From positions 16,556,001 to 16,620,000 of the forward strand of contig CM075987.1 in NCBI GenBank assembly GCA_038087875.1: 64,000 nt of DNA. Reading direction: 5' to 3'. Position 1 is the first letter of the stretch. Every line of letters starts with the position of its first letter. Below, piece after piece: positions 1 through 13,157 of this stretch. The DNA comes from Malacoraja senta (lineage: Eukaryota). The position numbers were made by a program, and so were the translations under genes. The notes beneath the pieces are model-generated. The model was not told where the DNA came from and made no database searches. It worked only from the letters and a program-made list of their open reading frames with translations.

Positions 1-908
1 TTCTCCAGCACTTTGTCATTTTGTTTATTAAACATCATGTAGAGTTCTACAGAAGGCTTGAACTCAAAGTGGATTCATATCCTCTCATCATTATGACATG
101 TAAAATGTGAGCAGCAAGTGATCGAGAGCAGCAGGCGACAGGAACTCTGTCCGGTGTGGTTTGGCTAATGCCAATCTTGCTTCTCGGAGATCTACTCCAG
201 GGACTTGAGCACAAGTTCCAGGCTGGCATTTGGAATGTGGTCTTAAGGAAACAGTGCACTATTTGAGATGCCATCTTTCAGATTGGCCATGGAACTGTAT
301 AAACAAACTTTCTCCAGTATTTAGCCAAAATTTGTTGCTCAACCAACTCAAAGGACAAATGGTCTTTACTATAGCCTTGAGACACAAACTGCAGATGCTG
401 CAATCCTGTGCAAAAGTGCTGGAGGAACTTATTGCGTCATGCAGCATCTGGGGAGGGAATGGACAGACGGCGTTTTGGCTCAGGACCCTTCTTTACACTG
501 TCCATTCCTTCCTCAGGTGCCTGGTCCACTGAGTCCCTCCAGCACTTTGTGTTTTATTATAACATTGCTGTTCATGATATGTTGCCACACTGCCTATATT
601 GAAAGTACTTCACTGGGTGCCACAACTTGCAAAAGACATTTATTGGCTAAGCAGAGACTTATCTTTTGGCAACAAAATTCTTATCTTTTGTTCATTACAT
701 ACTAACAACACCATCTTGCCACTTTCCCCCCCCTTCCCTCAACCACGTGACCTTCCACTGGAGGATCCCAATCCAAGTCTGAAAACTATTAAAATAAACA
801 ATCTAGAGCAGTATACTGGAGGAGCTGGAAATGTGATGTTAAAAGAGAAAATGCTGGAAATACTCGGGTCAGGCAGTATTTGTGAAGGAACTAAAACATT
901 ACCTGTTT

Positions 909-1112
909 AAGAAGGAACTGCAGATGCTGGAAAATCGAAGGTAGACAAAAGTGCTGGAGAAACTCAGCGGGTGCAGCAGCATCTATGGAGCAAAGGAAAT
1001 AGGCAAAGTTTCGGTCTGAAGAAGGGTTTCGGCCTGAAACGTTACCTATTTCCTTCGCTCAATAGATGCTGCTGCACCCGCTGAGTTTCTCCAGCACTTT
1101 TGTCTACCTTTA
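909..1112. mobile_element. Short fold-back Penelope-derived element with hammerhead-like core
   Basis: Left and right arms are reverse complements; CTGAAGAAGGG...GAAACGTT from 1016; 16-bp TSD AAAACATTACCTGTTT at 893-908 and 1113-1128. Confidence 0.8.
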
Positions 1113-4100
1113 AAAACATTACCTGTTTTTCGTTCACCATAGAAGCTGTCTGACCTCGTGCATTTCCAGCATTTTCTGTTTTGTTTTATTGCCAGCTGCC
1201 TAGAAGTCAGATTTGTGTCTGGCATTGATGTACAGGATTTGTGCATCATTCTGGTGTAAAATTGATTGTCAGCTATACGGTGTGCAATTTGTTATCCCCC
1301 AGTAATGCACTGAGCATTAGTATAAGCAGCTGAGGAATTACGAGAATCCTCGAGCGAGGGCTTTGACCTGTGAAAACTATGGTAGAGTGGAGCAGATGAT
1401 TGAGGGTTACCAGTGGGACACATCAGTTTTTTGTGAAACTTCAACGTCAGGAAAACAACCCTCCTCTCTTCTCCTCTCACCGCTCTCAACCTTCCCCACC
1501 ATGCGACTGGCCCGAGGTGACATTTGGACAGATATAGAGACAGGAAGGGTTTCCAGGGCTATGTAGCAAATGCGGACAAATGGGACTAGCCCAGAAGACC
1601 AATTTGGTCAGCATGGACAAGGTGGGCTGAAGGGCCCGTTTCTGTTCTGTGTACTGCAAATACATTGCAAACGAGATTAGACAATATATCCTGGATTCAG
1701 GATATTGTATATGATGCATGAGGAGATGAGAGGATCTAATCCATTTGAATATGTATTTGAGGCTTCGATGCACAAAACGAGGTCATGTAATGATAGTTAC
1801 ATTTGCATGGGGCCTCCGTATATCACAACATATTGACGTTCCTGAGGAGCACCTGTGCGCTGCCAGTATGCAAAGACTCACAAGTGAAGGACACAATCTG
1901 GTAATAATCAACACCCGGAGAGGCATGCTATATTTAAACAAGGATTCCAGCATCATTGCTCCCCGTGTACACAGTGGATTTATAAATCTGCAGATACTGT
2001 TGGAATAAAAGTGAAGTTCTGTATTTGTCTTCCTCTTTTCTGTCCCCTTTGTAAATGCCATAATGTATTTGTGCTCTCTTTAGCACTATTTGAGCATCTT
2101 TCCTCGTGAACTGAAATAGTGAGAGTGATGGACGGCATCCAGGAAAGCTGGCAGGCATTGAGCATCAACCTCGGTAAAACTCCCACCTCGGCAAAACGTT
2201 GAGCTGATATTTTGGTGCAGAAATGAGGGCATGCCACACTGCCAGAGGTTTAAGTTTATCATTGTCATACTTGGGGTACAGTGAAAAACATTATTTTCCA
2301 TGCTATCCAATCAAATCAAATAATACTATACATGAATACATAGAAACATAGAAAATAGGTGCAGGAGTAGGCCATTCGGCACTTTGAGCCAGCACCGCCA
2401 TTCAATATGATCATGGCTGATCATCCAAAATCAGGACCCCGTTCCTGCTTTCTCCCCATATCCATTGATTCCGTTATATCTAACTCTCGCTTAATGCAAT
2501 TAATCCAAACTCAAGTACAACAGGTAGATGAACTTGGGGTGAAGGGGAATAAGTTAGGCAGCATCCGTGGAAGGAAAGAGTCCGAAGATGTTTCTGTTCG
2601 GGGCCTTTCTTCAGATTGATTGGTGCTAGTTCTATGTACATTTTGTTTAGGTGAAAGAAAATTGCTAATGTGATCTCTGGTCTTAATGTTCTTGACTAAA
2701 GTCAGATTTTGGTGTGCACAGTCTATCTTTTGGTGGCTGTGAAGAGAAGAGGGAATCAGTCTTGACAATCTGCCCAAATGTTTGTATGGTTGGTGTAATA
2801 AATCTCTACTGTCTGATTGGGATCATTTCATTTGAACATCTGAAAGTAGGATATCCATTCCCCTTTCACACACTTTGATTCCCATGTATTAGCTATATTC
2901 ACTTTAACTCTTAACAGATTAGTCAGTCCTGGTTCTGTTCATAGTTACGGTTTTATTCTATAAACAAAGTGCTGGAGGAACTCAGCAGCTTCTGTTGAGG
3001 AAATGGACAGACAACATCTCGGGTTGGGGTCCTTCTTCAGACTGTTTTATGCTGTTGTGTTTCATTTGATTGGTTGAATGAAGGTGAGGGGATAATCTCC
3101 CCTTTATGGTTTAATTCAAAATTGGAAGATTATAATGTGTTGCCATTGGCACCCGAGAGACGGGAATGAATAAAATGTATTTTGACTGCGCTGAGATGCA
3201 GATCTTGGGTATTTTGCTCAGTTCCACACCCTAGGAAATGATGCTTCTTGGTGATTCTCACTGAACCGTGAGATTAGTTACCTTTACTGAAGAATGAATA
3301 AACTGACAAATTTCCACAGACCTTTTCATTTTGTTGCAGTTTGAGAAAGTAAGGAATTGCAAACCTGACTGACTGTAACCTCCTGCAATAATAATACTCT
3401 CAAAGTTGGCAGCAAACTCAATTCAGACCAGAATTTGGACAGTATTTATTCACAACAATAATTTGTAAAGGTTTGGCACGTTTCCTATTATAAAGCACCA
3501 CAAGCTTCAGGGGGAACATAATCAGACAGAAAATGGTTCCAAGGCACATTTGGACATGTGATTAAAAGCTAGCTCAAGAAGTAGCATTTAAAAGGGAAGG
3601 GAAGTAATGAGGCCAAAAGCATTGGGAGGAAATTCTTGGATTTAGACTGGCCACCAACAGTCAAGTAAGGGAGTGGGCAGTAGGCCAGGGTCAGAGTCAC
3701 AGAGCTATACTGCATGAAAACAGGCGCTTCGGCCCACCTCGTCCACGCCGATCAAATTGGCATATTGTGCTGTCCCATTTGCCTGCATTTGGCCCATTTT
3801 CCTCTAAACCCTTCCTATCCATGTATCCATCCAACTTCCCTGTAATCTAATCATCGAGAGCAATGTACCATATGGGGCCTGTCAAAAAGCTTGCGAAAGT
3901 CCATATGGACAATGCCCAACACCATGCCCTCTTCAATCCTTTTGGTGACCTCTTCAAAGGCTCAGATTTGTGAGACACCACATTTCCCATGCAGAAAGCC
4001 AGAGATTTTGTAGCTTCGGGCTGGGATAAGGGTAGGGTGGAGTGGTGGAATTTGAGCAAGAGGACAAGAATGTTAAACTTTTAGATGTTGATTGAATAGG

Positions 4101-4499
4101 TGAGTCAATGAGTGTAAACGGGAATGATTTGAGAATGTGAAAGTTAAATCCGGCATCTAAGTATTTTTCAAATGAGCGAAAGAATGCTTAACGCCTTTCT
4201 TCCTGTGGATATTAAAAACACCCACATCCTTTGACAGTTTGTCTCTAGCTTTTAAGCTAGATTTTTGCAGTGCACCAAGTTCCACCGGAGACGCATGAGA
4301 CTGCAGATGCTGGAATGCAAAACGCAAAATGTACGTTTCTGTGGGTCAGGACTCTTTCTCAGACTGATTGGAGTAGGGGGACTGATGTAGGTTCTTGACC
4401 CAAATTGTGGCCTGTCTATTGACTTGACATTTCTCTCCTCAAGGGGAGCAGTTTTTACACACTCATCGCAGGAAACCGTCAGGACTTACAATCAGCATT

Positions 4500-4524
4500 C
4501 CCCCCCCCCCCCCCCCCCCCCCCC
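4500..4524. repeat. poly-C tract
   Basis: Run of about 25 C. Confidence 0.9.
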
Positions 4525-5309
4525 TGTTTTTTGGTTTTCCTTCCATTTTGTTTGGCTGATGCAATTGTTGTCACCCTCTCTCCCTCTGAATAGTTTGGAC
4601 TTCCTTGACAATTGTCTGCATCTTTAGAAACAAATGGGCTTCCGAATGTTGGATGAAGAAAGGTCTGGAACAGAGCAACTAAAAGTTGGGAGATGAAATA
4701 AACAAATGTAGGCATTTTTATTTGTATCCAGAAGTGGATGTTCCAGGTAGGGCCATTTCGGAGGGTAGTTAAGAGTCAAACTTCATTTCTCGTGTTGCAA
4801 GTGCAGCTAACCAGTAAGAATACCAGATTTTATTCACTAAAGGACGTTGGTGTACCTGGTGACTTTTTATGACATTGCAGTATTTTTCTGGTCATTTTTA
4901 TTCATAAAAGCCTTTTAATTCCTAGTTTACTTATTTAACCACATTTGAATTCCCCAAGAATCCAGGTAGGATTTATACATATGAAGTGGGATGTTACTTT
5001 ACGTCTCTAGATACTGGTGTAGTAATTTAACCACAATGTATTTTTGCATTGTGAGATAGAGGATTAAATTGAGATATACAAATGAGTGTTCGTTGGAACT
5101 ATTTACATGAGCAGATACCTGCTAAATGTCTTCAGTCTAAGGGAGATCATTTACTTTACAGGGAGAGTAATAGCTTCAGTTTCAAACACTGGGAAAAGTC
5201 TTGCCTGCAACATTTTTGTCTAGCCCTCGGCTTTCCATGCTTACCTCAATGTTGGAAAGTGACAGAGACTACCCAAATGTGACAATTTCAATTGTTTATT
5301 TTCTCCCTT

Positions 5310-5560
5310 CAGTTATCAACGCGATCACCTGCTCCCATTAGTTCTATGTTATCCCACTTACTCATCCACTCCCTACACATTAGAGGCAATTTACAGTGTC
5401 CAAATAACCTATAAACCCGCATGTCTTTGGGATGTGAGAGGAAACCCACGTACTCACGGGGAAAATGTGCAAACTCCACACAGACAGCACCCAAGGTCAG
5501 GATTGAACCCAGGTCTCTGGCGCTGTAAAGCAGCAGCTCTTCCAACTGGGCCACTGTCTG
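5310..5560 (-). mobile_element. tRNA-derived SINE (HE1/V-SINE-like)
   Basis: Reverse strand shows the A-box/B-box head (GGGTTCAATCC) and the GGTGCTGTCTGTGTGGAGTTTGCAC core shared with the other copies. Confidence 0.8.
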
Positions 5561-6232
5561 CCCCTCTGTTTTGCTCAAGACTCCAGCATCTGTAGTGTCT
5601 TGTGTCAGCAACGACTACTTCAGTAGTTGTTACATACTTTATAGGACACTGATACATTTAATGTTGGCGGAATATTAAATCAAGGAAAGAGTCAAAAATT
5701 ATCTCAAGAATAGGTAAAAGTATAATAATAATAATAAAGGACTTTGAATTCTGAATATAAAGTGGTATTTTGCATTGAAACCAAATTTGTAACGTGTTGG
5801 GAGCAAAACTGTGGGAGGTTCCAGTTATCAGTTTTCCAATAAGACAATGTTAACTTTCATAACAAATTGTTGGACACTAAATGCTGGAGAAACTCAGCGG
5901 GTGAGGCAGCATCTATGGAGAGAAGGAATTGGCGACGTTTTGGGTCGAGAGCCATAACAAGGTGTCTGGGGAATTGTGTAGGATTTGAACAGTTTACACA
6001 CAAGTACAATCTCAGGGCAGATTTGCCTGTGGGAAGGAAGCTGCTAATCTAAGGTGACTGGGTGGCAGTGCAGTTTGTCATGCTCATCTCGTGGGGTGGG
6101 GTAAATTGAATTTGGAATTAAAATCTGAAATAGCAAAGGCATTAGGATCTGAAACATTGTGTCTATATTCTGTGATCAGTATTGCCAATGCAGTCCTAGT
6201 CAGAATAAAGCACAGTGTTATTGAACTTGTAA

Positions 6233-6554
6233 AACCCCTGTCCCACGGTACGAGTTCATTCCAAGAGTTCTCCCGAGTTTGCCCTGATTCGAACTCGGAG
6301 ATTTACGGTAATGGCCACTCGTCGGTACTCGGGGCTCTCGTGGACATTTTTCATCATGTTGAAAAATCTTCACGAGTCTTCCCGTGCTTACCTGCCGTTA
6401 GCGAGTCTTCCCGAGTACCTGCCGTTAGCGATAAGAGACGTCCCTGAGCTCCGACGTACCCGCTACGTTCATTCTCCGTGCTTACCACGAGTCTGATTTT
6501 TTTTTAAAACTCGGGAGAGCTCTTGGAATGAACTAGTACCGTGGGACAGGGCTT
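6233..6554. mobile_element. PIF/Harbinger-type MITE
   Basis: ~50-bp TIRs (CCCTGTCCCACGGTACGAGTTCATTCCAAGAG... / ...CTCTTGGAATGAACTAGTACCGTGGGACAGGG), 3-bp TAA TSD, no ORF. Confidence 0.85.
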
Positions 6555-6923
6555 TAAAGATGTATGAGGTGAATGGACAATGTAGGGAAATCAAAAACTA
6601 GAAGTCATGGGTTTATGGTGAGAAGGGAAAGATTTAATAGGGGTAACTGTTCAAATCAAGTCAAGTCAAGAGAGTTTATTGTCATGTGTCCCAGATGGGA
6701 CAATGAAATTCTTGCTTGCTGCAGCACAACAGAATATTGTAGGCATAAATACAGAACAGTTCAATGTGTCCATATACCATAGAAAATATATATATACACA
6801 TAAATAAACAGATAAAGTGCAATAGGCTGTTATAGTTCACACAGAAGATGGTGGGTATACTGCCAGAGGAAGTAGTTGAGACGGATACGATAACAATTAA
6901 AAAAAAAAACAGTTGTACAGAAG

Positions 6924-8299
6924 ATTGCACAGAAAGTTGTACAGAAAATTCACTTGGACCATCTCCGCCATCTCCCTACTGTTTCTGGATCTCACCGTCT
7001 CCATCACAGAAAATTCACGTGGACCATCTCCGCCATCTCCCTACTGTTTCTGGATCTCACCATCTCCATCACAGAAAATTCACTTGGACCATCTCCGCCA
7101 TCTCCCTACTGTTTCTGGATCTCACCGTCTCCATCAAAGAAAATTCACTTGGACCATCTCCGCCATCTCCCTACTGTTTCTGGATCTCACCGTCTCCATC
7201 ACAGGAGACAGACGATTGACCAACATCTACTACAAACCTCCTGACTCCCATAGCTATCTAGACTACACTTCTTCCCACCCTGCATCCTATAAAGACTCTA
7301 TCCCCTCCTCACAATTCCTCCGTCTACGCCGCATCTGTGCCCAGGATGAGGTTTTTCAAATTAGATCATCGGAGATGTCCTCATTCTTTAGGAAACGGGG
7401 GTTCCCCTCTTCCATTATAGATGAGGCTCTCACTAGGGTCTCCTCGATATCCCACATCTCCACTCTTGCTCCCCCTCCCCCCCATTTGCAACAAGGACAG
7501 AGTCCCCCTTGTCCTCACCTTCCACCCCATCAGCTGTCGCATACAGCATATAATCCTCCAACATGTTCACCACCTCCAACGGATCCCACTACTGCCCACA
7601 TTTTCCCTTCTCCACCCCTTTCCTCTTTTAGCAGAGACCATTCCCTCCGCAACTCCCTGGTCAACTCGTCCCTTCCCACCCAAACTACCCCCTCCCCAGG
7701 TACTTTCCCCTGCAACCGCAGGAGATGCAACACCTGTCCCTTTACCTCCCCCCTCGACTCCATCCAAGGACCCCCGACAGTCTTTTCAGGTGAGGCAGAG
7801 GTTCACTTGCACCTCCTCCAACCTCATCCACTGTATTTACTGTTCCAGGAGTCAACTGTACATTGGTGCGACCAAGCGCAGGCTCAGCGACCGTTTCGCT
7901 GAACACGTCCGCTCAATCCGCCTTAACCTACTTGAACTCTCGGTTGCTCAGCACTAACTCCCCCACCCATTCCCAATCTGATCTTTCTGCCCTGGGCCTC
8001 CATTGCCAGAGTGAGGCCCAGCACAAGTTGGAGGAACGGCACCTCATATTTTGCTTGGGTAGCTTACCCCCCAGCGGTATGAACATTGACTTCTCTAACT
8101 TCAAATAGCCCTTGCTTTCCCTCTCTCCATCCCCTCCCTCTTCCCAGTTCTCCCACCAGTCTTACTGTCTCCGATTCTGTCTCGCCCACATCCCCAGCAT
8201 CAGTCTAAAGAAAGGGCTCGATCCAAAACGTCACCCATTCCTTCTATCCAGAGATGCTGCCTGTCCCGCTGAGTTACTCCAGCATTTTGTGTCTGATTT
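6924..8299 (+). mobile_element. 5'-truncated Penelope-like retroelement (RT C-terminus, GIY-YIG endonuclease, 3' pLTR), frameshifted
   Basis: KFTWTIS..LFLDLTVSI..TNIYYKPPDSHSYLDYTSSHP..SQFLRLRRIC (PLE RT thumb); CNRRRCNTC linker; SSNLIHCIYCSRSQLYIGATKRRLSDRFAEH (GIY-YIG); 14-bp TSD CAGTTGTACAGAAG at 6910-6923 and 8300-8313. Confidence 0.9.
6941..7200 (+). repeat. Tandem repeat, 4 x 65 bp, at the 5' end of the PLE
   Basis: Unit ACAGAAAATTCACTTGGACCATCTCCGCCATCTCCCTACTGTTTCTGGATCTCACCGTCTCCATC starting at 6941, 7006, 7071, 7136 with few differences. Confidence 0.95.
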
Positions 8300-9244
8300 C
8301 AGTTGTACAGAAGTATGGGCAGGAAAGATTTGGGGAGATATGGGTAATACGGGGGAGTCGGCAAGTCAGCATGAATGGTTCAGCATGGTCTAGTTGGGCT
8401 GAAGAGTCTGTTTCCGTGCGGTATAACTAAAGTAAAACGGTTGACATTGGATCAGTATATATTCTGCCTGTTTTTGTCTGTGCCCTACCACCGCTGTCAA
8501 CTGAAAGAAATATCACCCGAGGTGGATAATGGGTGTCATAACTCCTCTTGGTGAGGACCTAGCATCGGGCGCCAGTCTTAGGAGGGGTGAACCTGCTGCC
8601 GGTTTAGCAAGCTGACTGGGTTGGTTTTGAGAGGGAGGCAGTCTTCAGAAGGGATCCTCCCTGTTATAATGCAATACTCAAACTGTCGTGGTACTGTCTG
8701 CTTGTGGGTGTTTACCAAATTACCAAATTCCAGTCTTTAATTGAAGGTTTGGTACCGTGTGGGCCGGTCCTAGTGATTCCAATTAAAACTGTGTGTGTGT
8801 GTGCAAACCATCTGTGCAGGGTGTTATCTGCCTGAAGAGTTGCAAATTATAAATTGCAGCCGACCTCAACTCTGCACAGAAAACATCTTTGGCTTTTTCA
8901 ATTTGTCTCTTTCTCTGGCAATCTACTGAGTACTGGTTTCAGGAGAATTTTTGAAGGATAGAGCCAAAGGATTTAACAACAATGAAGCATGTTGTTTAGC
9001 CCAATGTACTGGGTAGCGAACTAAAGTTGTGTTTTTGTAAACTGTTTGTGCGAGGTGGAACGCCTTCAGAATTCTTCTCTCCTATACCCCTCTACCGACT
9101 GCATGACCCCAGACTGGACCACCAGTCACCGGTGGACTCATCCTGCTGCTCATTCCTTGTTCCAGGGAGGGAATTGTTCTTCTCTCATTTACTTGACCAA
9201 ATCTTCTCCAAATTTTGAGTCTTTCTGTGAGGCCGTTAGGTTAG

Positions 9245-9535
9245 TTGATTTGATTGAAAGATGCGACATGGAAATGGGCCCTTCGGCCCACCATGCTGAC
9301 CATCGATCAACTCATTCACACTATTTTTGAGTTATACAACTCTCTCTTCCACTCCCTACACACTCAGGGCAGTTTACAGAGGCCAATTAACCTACAAACC
9401 CGCACGTCATTGGGATGTGAAAGGAAACCCACACAGTCACAGGGAGAACTTGCAAACTCTACACAGGCAGTATCCGAAATCAGGATTGAACCCAGTCACT
9501 GGTGCTGTGAGACAGCAGCTGCACCACTGTGTTGC
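9245..9535 (-). mobile_element. tRNA-derived SINE, degenerate
   Basis: Same family as 35078-35381 on the reverse strand. Confidence 0.7.
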
Positions 9536-9775
9536 CAGTAAGTTTCTATTGATTTATTTTGGACACAAGTCCAATCGATGTATATCGGGTCAGGCCAGGA
9601 AGATGGGATTGAAGGGATCGTATTGAATGGTGGAGGAGGGTCAAGGCATCATCTTACCTGCTCTCTCTCGTTCTTAAAGTGCTGGAGTAACTCGGCGGTT
9701 AGGTTTGCTTTGTGTTTTGCTCAAGATTCCAGCATCTACGGTTCCTTGTGTCTCTCTCGTTCTTTAGAATATTTA

Positions 9776-9955
9776 CAGTGCCCTCCATAATGTTTGGGAC
9801 AAAGACCCATCATTTATTTATTTGCCTCTGTACTCCACAATTTGAGATTTGTAATAGAAATAAAATCACATGTGGTTAAAGTGCACATTGTCAGATTTTA
9901 TTAAAGGCCATTTTTATACATTTGGTTTCACCATACAGCTGTGTTTATACATTCC
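9776..9955 (+). mobile_element. Tc1/mariner terminal fragment
   Basis: TA|CAGTGCCCTCCATAATGTTTGGGACA is a Tc1-type TIR start; no partner TIR seen. Confidence 0.6.
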
Positions 9956-11024
9956 CTCTTTTCCATGATGGACCTGGTCCTACTAGAATTAGGCAATCTG
10001 TGGTTCCTTACTCTGTACATTGTTGTAAGGAGAGTCTAACTTTCATAGTCTTTAAAGTTTTATTCAAAGAGAAAATTATCTCCAAAACCCAGATTGTCTT
10101 CTGGCCATCAGGAGACCTGCTGTCTAATGTCAGATGCATTCTCCCAGCATTGACCTGCAGTCAGTTGTATCACATCATGGGATAGGGGTTAAGTTACTGG
10201 GCGAGTTTCCAGATCTCCGGAATTTTGACCTAAAGATATAAACTTGAATTTCACCATGGCAACTGTGGAATTTGGGGTTTATTTTCTCATTTGAATTCAA
10301 AGTTCATAAAAATGGCCCATAATAGTGACTCTGAAACTATTCAATTATCATAAAATGTAATTTCCTTCCCACAAAGAGATGTCATCCAGTTTGCCCAAGA
10401 AATGGGTAGACATAACAATAAACAAAACTAAGATGTGCCATTCTTCCATCTTGAATATATCCAATGTGCTCCGAGTTAGAATTCGTGAGAATACAGCCCT
10501 GCAAGAAAGGACATTGCTCCTTGACTCTGTGTGCTGTCCAGAAGAGAATCTATTGTAAGCGTATATGGTATGATTTGAGGTCATGCATGCAGAACAAGAA
10601 TTTCACTGTGTCTGTACATGTCACAATACACCATTGAAATGGGTGATCCCTTATTCTGATGCTGTGCCCCTTGGTTTGGGACATCAACACCAGGTGAAAG
10701 GTCCTCTTGGCATCCGCCCTGTCAATCCCCTATTGGATCCCACATGTGTCAATAACATTGTCTCTCATTCTTCTGAACTCTGGTTAAAGCACCTCGGGAA
10801 TGGTTCGGTTGAGAGCACTGGACAGTAACGAATGCGGAAGCAAAAAGGGAATTTCTCTGGTCTCCTGCAAGTAGCTACACCGTCCTTGCAATTCTAAATG
10901 AGTTGCTGTTCAAAACTTACTTTACAACTATTTATTTAATAACCTCACCTCCTCCAGGAACAGGAATGTTGGCCCACCGCCACCCCACCCCACAGTAAAC
11001 CAGCACTTGTCTACACAGAGGAGC

Positions 11025-11585
11025 AGCTGGTTGAGCTGCTGCCTCGCAGCGTCAGAGACCCGGGTTTGATCCTGACTTTGGATGCTGTCTGCAGGTTCTC
11101 CCTATGACCAAGTGTGTTTCCTCCGGGTGCTCCGGTTTCCACCCACATCCCAAAGACCTGCGGGTTTGTAGGATAATTGATCTCTGTGAATTGCCTCCAG
11201 TGTGTAGAGAGTGGATGAGAAAGTGGGACAACATAGAACTAGTGGGAACGGGCAGTTAATGGTCGGCAGGGACTCGGTGGGCCAAGGGCCTGTCTTCACG
11301 TGAAAGCTGCCACAGCCAGACATAAAAACAGCTTTTTTCCACGAGCAGTAGCTCTACTCAACAACCAAATGTCTGTAGCCTCCATTTGCTCTGGTATTTT
11401 ATTTTTCACACGTTTAAACTATAATGTTTTATTCTTAATGTTTTAATATTTTATGTTTTATTCTTAATTGTTTACTGTATGTCGTGTTGTTACTTGCGAG
11501 CGGAGCACCAAGGCAAATTCCTTGTATGTGCACATACTTGGCCAATAAACTTGTTAATTCATCTCTAAACTATACTAAACTAAAC
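11025..11585 (+). mobile_element. tRNA-derived SINE interrupted near its 3' end by a LINE 3' fragment (~11300-11560)
   Basis: SINE head and body 11025-11300; inserted AT-rich LINE-like tail ending GGCCAATAAA; SINE tail TCTCTAAACTATACTAAACTAAAC resumes at ~11562. Confidence 0.7.
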
Positions 11586-12000
11586 CAGAGTTCTTTTCTC
11601 TTGTGCTGTTTAACAAAAATAACAGACATTAAATTTAATCAGAGGAACTAATAAAACAAGATTTAACATGCCTTCACTTTCTTAAAGGCCATCCTTGTGT
11701 GAACAGAACTAATGTCTTTACTTGGGTCAGTGTAGATGTTTTGACTGATTATGTGCCTGTGGCATGCTTGGCCACACTAAGAGCATTGTTTAAAAAGCAA
11801 GCGGTTGCTGAGTAGCAGAAATCCAAGTACCCACTCCATTTATGGAAGGTGGAGGATGATTTGGCGATCCCATTATCACGATCGCAGGCAGCTCCACATT
11901 CCACTGTAGTTTTGGCCCACTCCGAACCACACTTCCTGATGCAGCTGCCGCTACCCAGTGTGTCAGTTATAGATGCTCCTGTCTTCCAAGCAGGATGTGT

Positions 12001-12120
12001 AGGAAAGAACTGTAGATGCTGGTTTAAACACAAAATGCTGAAGTAACTCAGCAGGACAGGCAACATCTCTGGAGAGAAGGAATGGGTGACGTTTTGGGTC
12101 GAGACCCTTCTTCAGACTTA
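12001..12120 (-). mobile_element. Short PLE-derived element with hammerhead-like core
   Basis: Reverse strand CTGAAGAAGGGTCTCGACCCAAAACGTC; 17-bp TSD TTCCAAGCAGGATGTGT at 11984-12000 and 12121-12137. Confidence 0.8.
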
Positions 12121-13157
12121 TTCCAAGCAGGATGTGTGTGTGTGGGTTCACTCTAGAGGCTTGAGCCTGTAATCCAGATATGACATTCCATTGCAGCAAT
12201 GCACTCTTGAGATGCCAGCATTTAGAGGAGATATATTAAACTGAGGCCCTGTTAACCCTTAGACACAACCATGAACAATCCCACAACATTAATCTGAAGT
12301 AAAGAAGGGAAGTTATTCTGTGCTGTATTTTTTCACTTTCTAGCCCAATTTTATCCCTAAGCTAATATAGCTAGAATATTAACAAAATGATTGCAATGTT
12401 TGTGGGAACTTGCTATTTACTAACTAACTCCTATTCCCATTCAGACAACAAAAAAGATTGTAAATGCTATAATCTGGAACAAATGAAGTACACTGAAAGA
12501 ACTCAGCAGGTCAAGCAGCATCTCTATGGGCAAAACATGTGAACAGGTCTTCCCCAGGTTACAAATGGCCACCTTGTGTACAGCCCTTGTAATTGGGAGA
12601 TGAGCGAGATGGATTTGCTGGCTGCTGCAGGCATCTTCTGCCATGTGGGAACCCGGTCACATTTCTGATTAGCAATCTGTTCGGGTTGCGAACCCTTCAC
12701 AGGATCGGAACCTGCCCTAGCCGCGAGAGGGCCCACATTGACTTTTCTGGTCAAGACCCCGCATCAGTCTCTGCAGCATGAGCTGTGATGCCGGGTCTCA
12801 ACCCAAAACATTGACGTACTCCTTTTGCCTCCACAGCTGCTGCTTGACCCACAGTTTTTCCAGCATGATGTCTTTGTTCCTATTTCCATCAGTATGATTC
12901 AAAGATATTTGGATGATGATAAATGATTTGGGACATCAGAGGCTGGGGAGTGTGAAAGAAATGTAAGCTTGTCTTTGCTTTAGTTACTGTGTGGTAGTTA
13001 TGTGAAACGGTGGAATTAAACAGGAGGAGCAGAGGTTCATCCAGTACTGTGGTTGTACACTTCTGGGACAGGGTGGTTGTAGGGATTTCATGGTTCGGAT
13101 GAAGGATGGGGTGCCATTAATGAGACTTGCTGTCACTGCACTGTTGTCTTTGAACAG

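Noticed and set aside
6941..7200. Regularly spaced repeats resembling a CRISPR array
   Set aside because: Units are contiguous tandem copies with no unique spacers, derive from PLE RT sequence, and the context is vertebrate with no cas genes.
6913..7902. 329-aa ORF as a novel host gene
   Set aside because: Composite of the tandem repeat and a frameshifted PLE RT fragment.
1..13157. Upstream SLC27A4 coding exons (human exons 2-3)
   Set aside because: No segment encoding the expected GLWLGMAKxGVEAALIN-type sequence was found by eye; presumed upstream of the window.
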